DNA from: Chiloscyllium plagiosum | Taxonomy: Eukaryota | Length of the DNA stretch: 64,000 nucleotides | Direction: 5' to 3' | Assembly (NCBI RefSeq): GCF_004010195.1 | Contig: NC_057711.1 | Span: forward strand, 77,028,685-77,092,684 | In this document: one piece after another, positions 1 to 12,938 of the stretch | Layout of the letters: each line of letters starts with the position of its first letter | Position numbering within the stretch: position 1 is the stretch's first letter | Notes under the pieces: generated by a model | Database searches by the model: none | The model's input: only the letters and a program-made list of their open reading frames with translations | Told to the model about the DNA's origin: nothing | Made by a program: the position numbers and the translations under genes

Positions 1-41
1 CCACACTGTAGAGATTCTATGATTCTGATTCTATGACATTC

Positions 42-1495
42 CCAAGTTGCTAAGTCAGTCCTTTGGGAGTTGTCATTTTGTTGATTATTCCTGGTTTTCC
101 AAACATTCTCTCATCTTTCAGGCTGGACTTGAGGGCAGCTACAACTCTCTTCAGCAGGTGTCATGTTGGTCTCATTCTCAGCTAATTCAAGATGATATTT
201 ACCAAAAAGACATCCAAGACCTGTAAAGCCATCTTAGCACTCTTCTGGGATCTGCTCAGCTGTTAATGGCTTCCTGCTGCTAAAACACTGTAAATGTCTT
301 CTTCCACATTTAGTATTCTTAGTCCAAGCTTTAGACTTGCTCCAGCTGAGATGAAAGGAGATTGCTTAATGTTTCAGCTCTGAACTCCAGATCATATTCT
401 TCTCATTGCATTGAACTTTTTGTTAGTCCTCTAGAAATGAGGATCATTTCATCATAAATGTAAACTTACCATCAGTGGTTAATTTATGGGTCTGCATCTT
501 ACACAACTTTGCACCAGCAACTTGCAACGCTCATGATGCTATAGAAAACTGCGCTGACACTTCACACTCAGTTGATGTTCATCTTCTGCAGTTTCACAAA
601 CCATTTGTCACCATTCGATTTAATGACATTAACCTGTTGAATGTGTTGAGCAATTTTGTTAGAGTTATTGGTTGACAGCTCCTAGTAAACATCTTTATAG
701 ACATGTTTTGCTTCACTTTTAACTCACAAGCTTTTTAGCTAAGCACTTGTGTGAAGCGAGTCAGCAATTAGATCACTGTTTTTCCCATCTTGGAGATGTT
801 TACCTTTCATTTGTGTGATGTCCTTCACAACATTGACACTTTTCTCTCTAGCTTTGGCTTTTTTGATGTCTTTTCTCCAAATATTTTTGATTTTTTTCTC
901 ATTCTCGTTTGGCCTGGCATGTGTCTTAGCATACAGCACAGCTTCATCTGTTCTCCAATCACTAGCTACTCACTGATGACTGAAGTTCTGAGCTTCTGCA
1001 AATGTTGATAGCTTTCTCAAGAGTAAAGTTTTCCTCTCTCAGCAGGCCAGTTTGCATGGCAGCTTTCACATGTCAACGACGATCATATTTCTGAAAAGAT
1101 TATTTTTTGTGTTGGGAGATGCAAATTCACAAGATTCAGTGAGATATGTCAGTGCAGTAACTTACTGATCAATAGTCTACCTCTGCCCAAGCTCTGATGT
1201 TGAGCACATACTGTTCATAAATAGCGTTATATGTGAGATCCAACACGTGTCTTCAAAGCCATCAGGATCTCTGGAGTCTGTTTTTCTGCTCCTCAATGAA
1301 AACTAGGCTGTAGCCCTCTTTCCCCAGCATTGAGAGCAGGAATGCTAGTTTTATTTCCTCAAGTTTTTAAACTAAATCTGTCAGCATATCATCATTTTGC
1401 CAAGGAGTTGTGGAAACATTTCCAGTTTTGTCTCATATCTCTTTCAATTCTACAGCAGAAAGGAATGCAAAATGGAAAGCCACATTGACTCATGC
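42..1495 (-). mobile_element. Decayed Gypsy/Ty3 LTR-retrotransposon internal region (gag, protease, start of RT)
   Basis: Minus-strand translation gives gag-like QNWKCF, KLAFLLSMLGKEG, YEQYVLN, SCEF and LLREENFTLEKAINICRSSE (~986-1045). It then gives the pre-RT segment FTGLGCLFGKYHLEL..KRVVAALKSSLKDE..GIINKMTTP (~60-225). Many stops and frameshifts. Confidence 0.8.
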
Positions 1496-1629
1496 TCATC
1501 CAAGGCTGCAGACTGTGTTTATTTCCATATTTCCTTTGCAGTTTCTATCAGTAGCTAGCTCTCTTTAGGCTCTGAATATCCACACATTTTCAACTTTACA
1601 TTTCTGACACCATTACAATTGATGTGTGT

Positions 1630-1646
1630 TTAATACTTGCCACAAT
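1630..1646 (-). CDS. Candidate small or terminal exon of an unidentified minus-strand gene
   Basis: Strong acceptor ctacctttgttctgtgtttctttgtgttcag. Joined to exon 2880-2925 it reads (D)CGKY*. Alternatively a 10-nt exon 1637-1646 with a weak gtatta donor. Confidence 0.3.
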
Positions 1647-2879
1647 CTGAACACAAAGAAACACAGAACAAAGGTAGAAGTTGAAATCAATACCTATGAA
1701 AAGTGAGTCAGCACATAAAGTACAGTTGGATTTCTTCAAGAGGGTAGCCAAAGACTTTGGAAAACAATTTTGGATAAAAGTGGTTATGAAGTATATTGGG
1801 GGGGGAAGAAAGAGTCTTCTATTAAATGTAGCTGTAATATGTTTTGCAAATATTTCCTACAGTAGCCCCAATGAGACTATTTGCCATGTACAAATTAATA
1901 TCAGTTTAATGTAACAGCCATTAGTTTGACAACAATGTAGAACTTCTAATTTAAAAAAAAATCAGCCTAAGAAACAAAGGTAAGTTCCATACAAAGTATG
2001 TCTACAAGAAATGTACGTAGAAAAGTGTAAAGGTGTGTATCCTTTAAATGTTAAAACAGACATGCTTGTTATGAAGTGCTGTTCTTTGCAAAATGCAAAA
2101 TTTACAAAAGGGCACTAAACAGCCCCCCAGGACAGTCCATGATAAATTTATAACACACTAAATGTTGAGCGTCAATTTCCCTTTGGGAAAAAAAATCGGA
2201 CATCAAATTAATTACATTAACTTACAAATTAAAGAAGAACCATCTCATTGCCTTTTAATTTACTCTGCAAGCGTATAACCTTAACATTTTTCAACATAAT
2301 GAACATACTGTAATGCCCCAGATACCATTGTCGGATCATGTCTAAAAGGTATACCAATATGATCTTCTGAAAAGTCAGACACCTCATTTTTCCCAAGGTG
2401 TGATAATTACTTGTTTCTATTACCGATTACCATATATTAAATAATTAACCTTTACAACTATAGACAATTTTTCAGGCACTTAAACTCTCATATCTTATGG
2501 TAGTCTCACTTTTAAAACAAAGATTAACCAATTATCATGTAAGTTCCACCCTTTTTAAAATTACATTCCTTCATTGTTACCTCACATGAGTTATACACTT
2601 CGAGAAATACAAGATGGAAGATTTTCATATGGAGAGGAATGGTTTTATGGGGAAGAAGTCAACCAAGGTAAATAGAGCAATTTCTTTTTCTCAAAATATT
2701 AAAAAAAACTCGTTTAGATCTGCCACTAAACATTCTTTGTCATCTGTGAAGTCAGATGTTCTGAGATTGTCCCATTTATGTCCAATACAGGGAAGAAGAG
2801 GTTAAGAAACATGCCAAACTACACTTACAATATGGACAATTTTTTTAAAAAAATTTATTTATAATCACATTTGTCTTAC

Positions 2880-2925
2880 CTGAATTGAAACCTGTATTTG
2901 GAAGTCCAAATGATGGCAGAGGACA
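2880..2925 (-). CDS. Candidate 46-nt exon of an unidentified host gene
   Basis: Acceptor tttttgtgttattattgtgatgctttcag and consensus donor CAG|gtaaga. Open in all three frames; phase 0 gives CPLPSFGLPNTGFNS. Confidence 0.6.
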
Positions 2926-2959
2926 CTGAAAGCATCACAATAATAACACAAAAATCAGA

Positions 2960-4435
2960 CTGGAAAAGTCAATAGAGAAACGAACAAGACAAACTAATGG
3001 CAATGAAGGCTGGACCTTGTAGCCTAAGTTCTGGAGACGAAAAAGAAGCAACTGCAGAGATAGCGAATTATTTGTAAGCTTCCAACATTTCCTCAATTCT
3101 GCAAAGATCCAAGCATGGAAAACTGCAAATATGAAGATCCTATTTTAAAAAAGGAAGGAGACAGAAAACAGGAAACTATATGCTAGTTAGCGAAACATCT
3201 GTCACTGGGAAATTGCTAAGTTCCATTATTAGGGGATTAATTGTAGAATATGTAGAAAATCATAATATACTCAAACAAAGTTAACATGATTTTGTGGAAA
3301 GGAAATCATGTTTGAAAATTCATCAGAATTCTTTGAAGATGTGACATGCAGAATGGATAAAGGGGAAAAAGTAGATGTAGTATATTTTGATTTTCAGAAG
3401 GCAAGCAACACATTGTCACCTAAAAGGTTAGATGTCATACAGACTGACAAATTGTAATAGTGATTAGTGCTGAAGCCTCAACTACTTACAATTTGTAATA
3501 ATGTCTTGAAGAGACTGAGTGTATATGTAATGAAATTTGCTGATAATACAAAGACAAGAGGGAAAACAAGTTGCGAGAAGGAAATGCCACCATTAAGGAA
3601 ATATAAATAGGTTATTAGGAAGAAATTTGATAGATGGCAGTATAATGTTACTCATTTTGACAGGAAGAACACAGAAATAAAATATTATTTGAACAGAAAC
3701 TATGGAAAGCTGCAGTTTAGGGGAAATCTGAGACACATGAGACATTCATTGGACACAAACACTAGTGTACAGGTAAAGCAATGAGGAAGCAAAAGGAAAT
3801 TGTGACTTTTATTTCAAAAGGAGATGGAGTACAAAAGTAAATAAGTATTGTTCTATCTGTATAGGATATTGGTGAGATCAGATCTGGAGTGCTCAGGACA
3901 GGTTTGACCTCCTTGTTTAAGGAAGAATTGACCTGGAAATAGATCAGGAGAAGTTGATTAGGACGATTCCTGGAATGATGGGGTTTTCTTATGAGGAATG
4001 GTGAAATAAGTTGGGCCTAGTTTCATCAGAACAGAGTAAAATGAAAGATGAGATGTAAATATAAAATATTCTTGAATTGTAAAATATTCTGACAGGATAT
4101 GACAGGGTAAATGCTAAGAGGCAGTTTTGCCTTCAATGGAGGAATCTTGGATCAGGAGGTACTATTTCAGAATAGGACACAGTCATTTCAAATGGAGAGG
4201 AGGTTGGATTTCTACTTTCAGAGGGCAGTGAGTCTTTGGAATTCTCTACCCCAAAGAGCTGAACAGGCTGATTCATTGGACATATTAAAACTAAGATATA
4301 CAGATTTTGAACTAAAGGGAAGTCAACAGCTTTAATACATAGCTGGGAAAGTGGAGATGAGATCTTATCAGGCATGATATTATTGAATTAGGAAACAGGC
4401 TTGAGGGTCCCTATGACACCTAGTTCTTATCCTTA
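2960..4435 (+). mobile_element. Old CR1 LINE fragment (RT region and 3' end)
   Basis: Degenerate WKTAN, GNYMLVS, GKSCL, VDVVYFDFQKA and KFADN motifs, plus the C-terminal FQRAVSLWNSLPQRA typical of CR1 ORF2. Confidence 0.85.
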
Positions 4436-6348
4436 TAAATATTTTTTTTTAATGGTACAGATTAACAAAAATCTTGAGTAGTGTCTTGAAAAATGGGTGG
4501 TGGAGGAAGTGGGAGGGGAAGGGGAAGGTTACAAAAATTTGTAATTTATATAAATGAGCTTTAGCTACAGCCCCCAGTCAATTCACAGATAGTTGCTGAA
4601 ATCTAACTGGCCACTAGATGCTGCACAAGAGCAACACGGTGATTTGTCTTTGGATTTTAAATCCATTTTCTAATATCTGTAATGTCCCTCACCAAAATGA
4701 CTTGATAATAAACAGCATAACCAAATCACATGAATGGTTATAAGTTCCTTCAATATATTGGACCCACACTCCACTATACCACATTAGTTAACGTCTTGGA
4801 AACAAATTGTGAAAGCAATAAAATGAAAAATCTTAGGTTCATAACTGTTTCACATTATCTGACAATTGGGTAGGGTAAGGATTTATGATTATTAGCCCTT
4901 AATTTTGTTCTTTGATAATTAAGAGACAGTTTAAATAAAGTGCCAAATCCAAACTTCTGATATTCAATGTTAAATTCAGGAGACTTTATTTATTTAGATA
5001 ATCTGTGCAACACGTTTTCTCTGCAATTGTACAACACCGCAAACTTTTCATTTATTTTATGTATCTTCAAAATGCTGGTGAACTGTCGGCCACCCATTAT
5101 AAAATGGAATACAATTTGTCATTCTCTATTCAAATTATTTGTTAATAGTTTTCAGAATGTATTTTTCCTCTAGCTAGTAAAGGATTTGCTGGAATATGAA
5201 ATAACTTCTTACTTGAACATACACATTCATTATAATTTTCATATACTTAAGTCAAGCTTAGAAAGTTCCAATGGGAATCTGTGCCCTTCCGAGCTGGGGA
5301 TTGGGTCAGTGCGGCATGACAAGAGCAAGCAATCCAGGTATTACTGGTAATTCAGTCAGGGTGCTTTGGGGACATCAGTCCAGGGACTAGGCCATGCTCA
5401 GTTAGGATTATCCTGCCAATTGTATCTGGGAACTGGACCATGGTCAGTCTTAGGGTTTGCTCAGTAATTGTCACAGAGCAGTCTATGGAGTCCTGGGGAA
5501 AGGAGGCACCTCAACTTATATTGGGTCACTGATGGAATGGTGACAGTGACAGCAACAGGGGACATGCGAAGATAGTACTGTGGAACCTCAATGATTAGAA
5601 GAGGACAAGAAATTCCAGAAAAGAGGGATTCAAACAGGCCACATTAACCCACACCTCTAAAGGGAAGAGTGTAGGGTCAACAGTGACATGGGAATTTCCA
5701 AAGGCTTGGGCTCTGGGGATAAAATGGGAACATAAATAGCTTTATAAATGACTCAATGGAAAAGTGCGAAGGGGTGACTGTAAAGTCATAGGAGCCACAT
5801 GGACAGCAACACAAAGGGAACATGAAGTATTTGGGAGGAGCCGGGAAAGAGATATCCTTGCATCACCAGTGAGACATGCAAGTCACTCACACCGAAACAA
5901 AATTGGAGCTTTGCCGTGTCAGATCGAAAGTAACTGTGCAATTTACTGCACAAAAAACTGACACCCTTTGTAAAATGGGTAAAATCAGATAATGACAACT
6001 TCAGAATAAAATAAAACATTTAGAATTTGAGGCAATGTTAGGGATAATTACAGTAATCATGTCCCCACTGAATCAGTAAAGCCATATATCTGGCTTCAAT
6101 TTGCACTGAATCAGCAGGTCATTCATTGCCCAAGAATGCACATTAAGAATTATGGCCTCAAGGAATCATGACCATTACAATCTGTATATCAATTGGCTCC
6201 TTGTCACATCAGCTAATCAAATGTAATCAGACAAAGGCACTTTAAAGGGGCTTCTGAAATTTACATTTCACAAACACTTTACATAGCATGCACTGAAAGA
6301 CTATGTTTCATAGCTGCTACGTTTGCACAATGAACTGTAAGAATACAA

Positions 6349-7125
6349 GGAGAAAGTGAGGACTGCAGATGCTGGGGATCAGAGCTTAAAAATGTGTTGC
6401 TGGAAAAGCGCAGCAGGTCAGGCAGCATCAAAGGAGAAGGAGAATCGATGTTTCGGGCATAAGCCCTTCTTCAGGAATNNNNNNNNNNNNNNNNNNNNNN
6501 NNNNNNNNNNNNNNNNNNNNNNNNNNNNNNNNNNNNNNNNNNNNNNNNNNNNNNNNNNNNNNNNNNNNNNNNNNNNNNNNNNNNNNNNNNNNNNNNNNNN
6601 NNNNNNNNNNNNNNNNNNNNNNNNNNNNNNNNNNNNNNNNNNNNNNNNNNNNNNNNNNNNNNNNNNNNNNNNNNNNNNNNNNNNNNNNNNNNNNNNNNNN
6701 NNNNNNNNNNNNNNNNNNNNNNNNNNNNNNNNNNNNNNNNNNNNNNNNNNNNNNNNNNNNNNNNNNNNNNNNNNNNNNNNNNNGTGAATTTCTGATGGAT
6801 ATTGAAGGATCCCTTGAGACCTTGGAGGGAAGTGAGGGGGGAGGTATGGGCGCAAGTTTTGCATTTTTTGCGGTTGCAGGGGATGTGCTGGGAGTGGAGG
6901 TTGGGTTGGTGGGGGGTGTGGATCTGACAAGGGAGTCGCAGAGGGAGTGGTCTTTCCAGAACACTGATAGGGATGGGGAGGGAAATATATCCTTGGTGGT
7001 GGGGTCCGTTTGGTGGTGGCGGAAATGACGAAGGATGATCCAATGTATCTGGAGGTTGGTGGGGTGGTAGGTGAGGACCAGTGGGGTTCTGTCCTGGTGG
7101 CGATTGGAGGGGCGGGATTCAAGCG
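6349..7125 (-). mobile_element. Penelope-like element (RT-to-GIY-YIG linker with Cys motif, gap, 3' pseudo-LTR)
   Basis: RTPLVLTYHPTN...DSLVRS and CNRKKCKTC linker. The terminal repeat at 6349-6478 matches the copies at 41.6-42.0 kb and 47.9-48.1 kb. Confidence 0.85.
6443..6478 (-). ncRNA. Minimal hammerhead ribozyme-like motif in Penelope pseudo-LTR
   Basis: Minus strand ATTC-CTGAAGA-A-GGGC-TTAT-GCCC-GAAA-C-ATC-GATT: CUGANGA core, 4-bp stem II, GAAA and an NUH triplet. Confidence 0.6.
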
Positions 7126-8549
7126 AATACAAGGATAGATTCTGTGGTATTCACTAACATAGCTTGGTATTAAGGTTAGGTAATTTCAGTTCCATTAAGA
7201 TATTATAACCAAGTGTTGTGCAGTGAAGGCTCTTGTGATAGGCAGCAATTTGAGAGGAATCCCAAACAATCTCCTTTATGACATTCCATGCTCGGTAATG
7301 TATCAGGGTGCACTTGGATTACTAAGTTGTCTTGAAATGCCTCAGCATCCCGTAGGACAGCAGTGAAGCTGCAAAAGTAGAGCTTTGTGTAGCTTTCTTC
7401 AGCAGACCACTTCACTGAGGTAGACATGGAAACTGCCCATTGTACCTCTCCCAGGCTTGAAGGGCAGTGTGCTCCCTTGAAAAATTAATCGAATGAACCC
7501 TCCCTCCAAAGATGTGTGAAATCATCAGTAATACCCTGTTGTTGCTCACAAGGAGGTGTGTAAGTGTGTAATGATGTGTACAGGCCAGGCATAGCACAGT
7601 CCTTGCATAGTGCATTCATCAGCCTTTGTTATACCACTGAAGTGCAACACCTTGGCCACAGTATTCAACGCCCCTGATATTTGAGGTTATTGGCAGGCAA
7701 AGAGTTGGTTGCTTGTGGGAGATGAGCATGACAACTTCTTGGTCATGACAATTTCTTTCATCTCTGTGATGTCTGAAGACGCTTCATATTTACAAAGATA
7801 TTTCACCAGTGCCACTTTTGTGCCTTCATGAAATGTTCTTCTTCCTCTGCCCCCCCCTTGACATCCAGGTGCAGTTTTGTCCTGCAGCTTGGGTGAAGGG
7901 AGTCTGTTCTGCTCATGCAGGCTTTGGCCATCAACTCCTGATGCTTTGAGGCCTAGAGAATTGAGGCCCTTTTTGGAATGTTCAGCCCAGAAGTGGGCCC
8001 AACCACCTTGGTTTGAAGTGCTGGAGGTTCTGAGATCAAATGAGAGGGAGGAGCCAAGTACTACTGGAGCATCCTGAGAGGAAGCTTCAGAGTGTCCTCT
8101 CTGTGGTTCTCTCTCTAGTAATGCCTACTGACACCACCCAGTCTACTTGAGGTAAAGGGGCTCTGGGAGTGTGCTCAAGGTTCCTTCAACTTCCTTTTGC
8201 CTTGCCATTGATGTTTAATACCAGTGATGAAACTGATGGAGTGCAGTTGCATGCAAAATCAAGGAGATATAGTGTGCTGGACATGGCTTTCGATGGCAGT
8301 CACTAACTTGTCCTTGGAGGCAGCAAGGGATGGAGACCATTTCTGGACTTATCCATTCTTTGATTAAGTGAGACAGCCATTTCTTAACTTGCTATATCTG
8401 AAATAGTGGGCTTTTTGGTTTTTAACATGGTGCCAGCAATATGAATGCCAGTAGGTGATAATAGAAGCAATCATTTCCCCATCTCAAGTCACATAATTCC
8501 CTGAAAAAGGTGATTGACAAACTGATTGTGTAACAAATTAGGCCATGAA

Positions 8550-8882
8550 CAGCAGTGGCACCATGGTTAGTACTGATGCCTCACAGCGCCAGGGACCCAA
8601 GTTCAATTCCAGACTTGGGTGACTGTCTGTGGGGTGTTTGTACATTCTCCCAGTGTCTGCGTGGGTTTCCTCTGGGTGCTCCGGCTTCCTCCCACAATCC
8701 AAAAATGTGCAGGTTTGGTAAATTGCCCATAGTGTTCAGGGATGTGTTGTTTAGGTGCATTAGTTAGGAGTAAATACAGGGATAATAGGGTAAGGGAATG
8801 GGTCTGGGTGGGTTACTCTTCAGAGGGTCGGTGTGGACTTGTTGGGCTAAAGAGCTGTTCCCACACTGTAGAGATTCCATGA
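8550..8882 (+). mobile_element. HE1-like tRNA-derived V-SINE
   Basis: tRNA-like head with A-box and B-box (gttcaattcc), central tgcgtgggtttcctctgggtgctccgg domain, CR1-type tail cacactgtagagattccatga. Confidence 0.85.
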
Positions 8883-10940
8883 AAGTTTTGCAAATCGTGG
8901 CAGACCAGGTGCCAGCAATTTCACACAAGACACTAGAAACGTAAATAGTAAAACTCTAATCTTTCTGGATACATGTCTCCAACAATGATTAAACAAATGT
9001 CCATGTGATGAATCTTGCAGGATTTTTCATAATGACAGTAAATAGTCAAAACACATTAATGGTAGAAGCTTTTTATATCTTACTAAAATCTTTGTCCAGT
9101 CATCATTTTTAATAGTAAGGTCAATGTAAATTGGGCCCATGCTTGATTGTTTCTAATAATGTGTGACAACTGAGACAGACAAGAGGCCTTGAGTTTGTTT
9201 GCATGATGGGGACGCCCCAAAAGCTGGAGAACAAGTGGGAGCCTTGTATTGCTTCAATGATGGAGGTCTTGACAGATCTAACTAAGTCCCTGGAAAGTGC
9301 AAATCTTCCAGGAGGTTTAAAATCCCGTGCAGGAAATTCCACACCCAGAGCTCCCAGCCAATTAGATGCCAGCAATGGAGCATGGTGTTTGCAGTTGGTA
9401 TGCTTGCAGGTCTAGCACAACTAGCTCCAATAGATCCCAGAACATCAGAGTGGTGTGGCTGAATGGGAGGTAGGGTGTAGCAAGCTGGTTGTAGGCAAGG
9501 ACTTTGAGTTCTGTTTGAAGATGTAGCTTAAGTTTCATTGTTTTATAAACTCATTCATCCATTCACCCAAGCATTGCTGGTACAAGAGGATAAAATACTA
9601 TTGACATGAAATTCTAGACACTTTCAAATATTAATGTTTGGATAGGTGCTGTAGAAATTACCAACATCCTCTCCTTTCAGTCCTGCCTAACTAGCACAAA
9701 AACAATAAAATCAATAGCACACACTATTTCTATATAATGACCAAAGCACATGCGAAAATCATCATTAACAGGCCATAATTTAATCAAGGGAAGAATTCAA
9801 TAGCGATCACAGAGTTGGAGACTATAGATTTCAGGGTTCTGCCAAAATAATTTAACCTCAGTTCCCTGATAAATGCAATTATTTAATAAGTTTGATTCAA
9901 TTTGATTAGTTCAATCGAGTAACAGCATATCTAATATTCCCGAAAAAGAACTGGATCACTTAAGAAATAATAATGTCTGAGATTGAGGCAAAAAGACCAG
10001 ATTCAAAATCTGTTAAAAAAATCTTTGTGCTTTTATTAAAGTATTGATGTTTACTTTAGTATATGTTACATAAAGTCATAGCTGAGGATGCAGTCAGCAT
10101 AATTTTTGAAAAAAAAATGTTTTTCCTTTTAAATATCATCTGTAAGTTCCACTTAAATGTTGATAATGTGCATCAGCCTGTGCCAGATCTTTCTGCAAGA
10201 TACACATTAGATGGTGCTACAGTGTCATAAAAGAATGGAAAAACAAAAATCATTCGAAAGGTTGCTGCAAATAGTCAAGTCACAGCTATAATATCCTAAA
10301 TCCTACTTTGGCATTCCTTTCACATGATCTATGAATGCTCAAAATTCTGGCTCAACGATATAATGAGCTTAGAGTTTGAAAAATGCATTCCATGAGCACT
10401 ATTATTTTGTTTGCTGGAATCTAAATTAAGTCAGAAAGGCAGAAGAATGTGTGTTCAGCCATGCATATTTGTGTGGACTGTCCTCATCATTAAGGTGAAT
10501 GAATAATGAATCAGATTTTGTTTCATTTACAAAAAACACAAACTTTGACTTCAATTTATTCCAATCCATTGTACATCAATTTTTTTTAAAAAAAACTTCA
10601 AATATATCATAACATTGCAGAGCAGTCAAACTCTTGATTTCACGTTTTCAAGATTTCATGTAAAATGACTACAATAGCTTTCTTTACAAAGGATGTTAGA
10701 AAGCCTGTAGATATTCTATTTTACTTAAGCTTTCAAGGATTCAGACAACTTGCTTGCAAGGCCTATTGCTATTAGGTATAAGGTAAGTTGCACATTACAA
10801 CTGAATAGTTTATGCATTAATTATAGTTTTAAAAGGACAAAAATGCTAAATAATGTAATACTAATATTTTAGTTCCACTATATTTGTAAGTGCTATAAGC
10901 ACAGAATACATTCAGCACTTTACGGGTGTCCATTAGTGCC

Positions 10941-11252
10941 GGCACGGTGGCTCAGTGGTTAGCACCACTGCCTCACAGCGCCAGGGACCCAGGCTCAATG
11001 TGGAATTTGCACATTCTCCCAGTGTCTGCATGGGTTTCCTCCGGGTGCTCCGGTTTCCTCCCACAATCCAAAAATGTGCAGGTTAGGTGAATTGGCCATG
11101 CTAAACTGCCCATAGTGTTCAGGGATGTGTAGGTTAGGTGCATTACTCAGGAGTAAATATAGGATAACAGGGTAGGGGAATGGGTTACTCTTCAGAGGGT
11201 CAGTGTGGACTTGAGGCTGACGGGACTGTTTCCACACTGTAGGGATTCTATG
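10941..11252 (+). mobile_element. HE1-like V-SINE with small internal deletion
   Basis: Head ggcacggtggctcagtggttagc, same central domain, tail ctgtagggattctatgatt. The B-box region is deleted near 10995. Confidence 0.85.
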
Positions 11253-11467
11253 ATTTGGAGGTGCCAGTGTTGGATAAGGGTGTGCAAAGTTAAAAATCAC
11301 ACAACACCAGGTTATAGTCCAATAGGTTTATTTGGAAGCACTATCTTTTGGAGTACTGCTCCTTCATTTACAACGACCTCACAAAGGAGGAGCGCTCCAA
11401 AAGCTACTGCTTCCAAATAAACTTGTTGGACTATAATCTGATATTGTGTGATTTTTAACTCTTTGAC
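11253..11467. mobile_element. Short palindromic Penelope-derived element (family 2)
   Basis: Inverted arms ~11288-11364 and ~11384-11460. Related copy at 34500-34702. Degenerate hammerhead-like ggag..gctcc-aaaagct. Confidence 0.6.
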
Positions 11468-11486
11468 TCTACTTATCTTAAGCAAC

Positions 11487-11863
11487 ATAGAGTCACAGAG
11501 ATGTACAGCACTGAGACAGACCCTTCGGTCCAACTCATCCATGCCAACCAGATATCCCAACCCAATCTAGTCCCAGCTGCCAGCATGCGACTCATATCCC
11601 TCCAAACTCTTCTTATTCATATACCCGTCCAGATGCCTTTTAAATGTTGCAATGGTATGGCCTCCACTACTTCCTCTGACAGCTCATTCCATACATGTAT
11701 CACACTCTGCATGAAAACGTCGCCTCTTAGGTCTCTGTTATATCTTTCCCCTCTCACCCTGAATGTATGCCCTCTAGTTCTGGACTCCCCTACTCCAGAG
11801 ATTTTGTCTATTTATCTTATCCGTGCTCCTCATGATTTTATAAACCTCTATAAAGGTCACCCC
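11487..11863 (-). mobile_element. CR1 LINE 3' end
   Basis: Reverse complement matches the CR1 3' end at 44050-44425. Confidence 0.85.
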
Positions 11864-12596
11864 TCTAACTTTATCTTGGTGTTCAATACCTTCCTGTTAC
11901 ACTTGCTTATTTTCACTTCTGAATTTTTGTGTTCAATTGCTGAAGTTAGAGATATAAAATGAGCTCAGGGAACTGAATATTGGGACCATAAACCAGGCAA
12001 ATGAGTATTCTTTGAGAGAGTTATAATTGATAGAGCAAAAGAGCAAATATACACCTTGCATAAATGGGCAATTTTCTTTTTAGATATAATTGACATTGAT
12101 AAGGAGAAAAGATTAACATCTTGTATCATTAGGATTTCTGAAAATGCATTACAGACAATTAAATATTTGATGCAAAGTCATTGTAGCATTTATTATAAAA
12201 CTAATTTTTGGTCAGTAAAGTCCAAAACACAATAATAAATATCCAGACGATCTGTTTAGTTTCACTGACTGAGGATAAATATTGACGAGACCATGAGGTG
12301 AAAATCCATTATACTTCATTGAATTGTGTCATGTTACGTTTTGTAATCATATGCAAAAGTTAGCAACCCAAAGGTTCAATCTGCATTATGTGCTAATTCT
12401 CTAAGAGTGGAAACTTGAACCCACAACTTTTTGATTTAACAGTACGATTAATTCAAGTCTATTGATAAATGTTCTGTTAAAAAAATCCAAAATAGTTAAA
12501 AAGTTTGGTTCTGTGACTCTAATGTTTTGAATACAAAAATGTGGCAGCTTGATACTGCTGATATTTTTTGATCAATGGACAGAAAGGGATACTCAC

Positions 12597-12629
12597 CAAC
12601 TGCATGTTCGTGAAAGGACAATCTTTCTG
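12597..12629 (-). CDS. Candidate 33-nt (or 30-nt) micro-exon
   Basis: ctgac branch-point-like motif, ttttgtcatttag|cag tandem acceptor and TTG|gtgagt consensus donor. Phase 0 gives QKDCPFTNMQL. Confidence 0.55.
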
Positions 12630-12938
12630 CTAAATGACAAAATGTCAGATATATAGTGGGACCTATACCATGTTGAGATGACAGGTTTTTCTACAGATAT
12701 TTGGAAACATTTCATCGGATGCCTTTTTTTAAATAAAAGTTTGCACACAGCTCCCTATTTGTTCGATTGTGATTTCAAGAATGCAGCATATGAACTTGTC
12801 AGGTGCAAATTTTCCTGTGGAAAAGTGTGCGCATCCAAATGTAATGCCTTTAATGTGAAGAATGCAACATGGTTCAGATGCAAGATGGTCCTAATCAAAT
12901 GGTGCACGTATGCAGTTTACTGTATCATATAGACTTAC

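Noticed and set aside
2880..2925. Assigning the GFNS(G) peptide to a GT8 glycosyltransferase or a PCBP-like gene
   Set aside because: The match is only 4-5 residues and the neighbouring exons do not fit either family, so no gene symbol is given.
6356..6787. Long ORF-track entries crossing N gaps (also 37091-38077 and 52962-53417)
   Set aside because: Their length comes from runs of N translated as X; the flanks are transposon sequence.
8550..8620. tRNA-like sequences with A/B boxes (also 10941, 53140-53211, 55577)
   Set aside because: They are SINE heads followed by SINE body and tail, not tRNA genes.
11501..11962. 153-aa plus-strand ORF
   Set aside because: Antisense reading of a CR1 3' end; similar peptides recur at other CR1 copies.
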